A stretch of DNA of 64,000 bases from Octopus sinensis (Eukaryota): contig NC_043000.1 of assembly GCF_006345805.1 (NCBI RefSeq), positions 125,612,001-125,676,000 of the forward strand. Direction: 5' to 3'. The position numbers and the translations under genes are program-made. Numbering within the stretch: position 1 is the first letter of the stretch; each line of letters begins with the position of its first letter. Below are positions 62,651-64,000 of this stretch, piece by piece. A model generated the notes under the pieces. The model worked only from the letters and a program-made list of their open reading frames with translations. It made no database searches and was not told the origin of the DNA.

Positions 62651-63508
62651 ACAAATATTGTTAATATTGTTTTGGGTATCATGAAAAAGATAAGATTTAG
62701 ATGCAACAAGAATAGCTTCCATTTTGTGGTTGGTTTTACATAACAGAGGGTATGAAACTTTTGCTAGATAGAACTCAAATATATCATAGCAGAAAATCCT
62801 TTTTTCTCTTTTAGATAGTGTAGGATGTTGGATGAAAAGAGGAGTTTGGTGTAATAATGCCTGCTTTGATGGAACTGAAATTTGTGATTGGTAGACTTAT
62901 TCCTCCCTCTTAAACTGATGTGTAAGCAACACTTGTACTGAACCATGAGACAGCTATTATGTAGCTACTTGACATGCTAGAAATACTAGCCAAATTTCCA
63001 AACAACATCAAAAAGAAAAGGAAGATTTCATTGCATACATTATGTCAGAGGAAAAGACCAAATAGTTATGACTGAAATGCTCTACATTATAGGTACTGGG
63101 GTTAACTTGGGGCCCAAACAGCAATAACTGTTGATGCAGATAATGACATTGTAAACTCTAATTGCCATAGATGCAGTCTGAGAAAAGATTTTATGAATTT
63201 TCTGTTAATATCACTTGAAAGATTTTGTAGAATGACATATGAGATTGGTGAATATTTGGATGCCTCACTAAACTTCACCTTCAGGATAATAGGTGCAAGC
63301 TCTCTTAGGAGACCAATTACCAAATAATATACATTGGTATGAGATTTAATCACTCATCCAATACTGTCTGAGGCACCATATGTAAATAAATATGTTGGTT
63401 ATGCTTCAATGAAACAATATTTGACCAGGCAGCAATCAGCTAAAATTATGAATTACCAGCCAAGACTAAAAGCAAGAACATCATTGCTTGGTTTAACCCC
63501 TCATTTAA

Positions 63509-64000
63509 CCCTTTCGTTACTATATTTCTGACCAAATTACACCCCTTATGTGTTTCAATTAATTTCTAACGTAATCATAAATTTAGTCTGGTTTCATTAA
63601 ACAACTATAACTTTTTTATTTATCAATATATCAATCTGATTTTTGGAAGATAATTTAATGAAATATTCTCAACCAATTCTATACTATAATTTTTGTTACA
63701 AAGTGACTCTAATTGCAGGTAGATACAGGTAAATTCCACAAAATATAAAATTATTAAAATTTTGTTCAAACATCGCTATAGAAAATGGGTTATTAGCTAA
63801 TATTCAATTGGGTATATAACAAAATTTTACGATAGAATTTGTTATTCTGGGTAACTTTCTGATACCCATAATAATATTTATGGCAAAATAGTCTTAATTT
63901 CATTTAAGGTTGAGGGAAACCACAAACTATCATTTCTTTTGCTTTGTTTACGTTTAGCGTAACGGTTCGTCTCCACTGTAATGATTTCAAATAGGCTCAT
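63509..64000. mobile_element. Probable TTAA-target DNA transposon/MITE left part, running off the window
   Basis: TTAA-CCCTTTCGTTAC terminus followed by AT-rich sequence; a similar right-type terminus (GTATCGAAAGGG-TTAA) lies at about 25770-25784. Only one end is visible. Confidence 0.45.

Noticed and set aside
63100-63420. Possible CR1/L2 LINE relic on the minus strand
   Set aside because: Too degenerate to support with a specific motif by eye.

Overview
AT-rich, repeat-dense animal genomic DNA. The SINE/LINE families resemble those of coleoid cephalopods (Octopus-like); this is an inference from recognised repeats. The only host-gene coding sequence I can support is two small + strand exons of a kinesin-3 (KIF13/Khc-73-like) motor domain: 49623-49680 (TFAFDHCFWSMDEKDPKFV) and 61763-61855 ([31 protein letters not shown]), joined in phase 1 across a 12-kb intron. 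Almost the whole window is therefore probably intronic. The rest is a layered set of mobile elements: two 5'-truncated RTE-clade LINEs (one with a PHD-like finger inside ORF2) and many RTE-tailed derivatives; Penelope-like remnants with hammerhead ribozyme motifs; several tRNA-derived SINE families; a full-length 5S rRNA copy abutting an RTE 3' tail inside a pogo-type DNA transposon remnant; a non-autonomous Helitron; TTAA (piggyBac-type) MITEs; R4/Dong, L1/Tx1, CR1/Jockey-like and BovB-like relics; and long microsatellites. Nearly all ORFs in the supplied track are microsatellite or repeat artefacts. No databases were searched; family assignments come from motif recognition and element boundaries are approximate unless TSDs or termini are stated.
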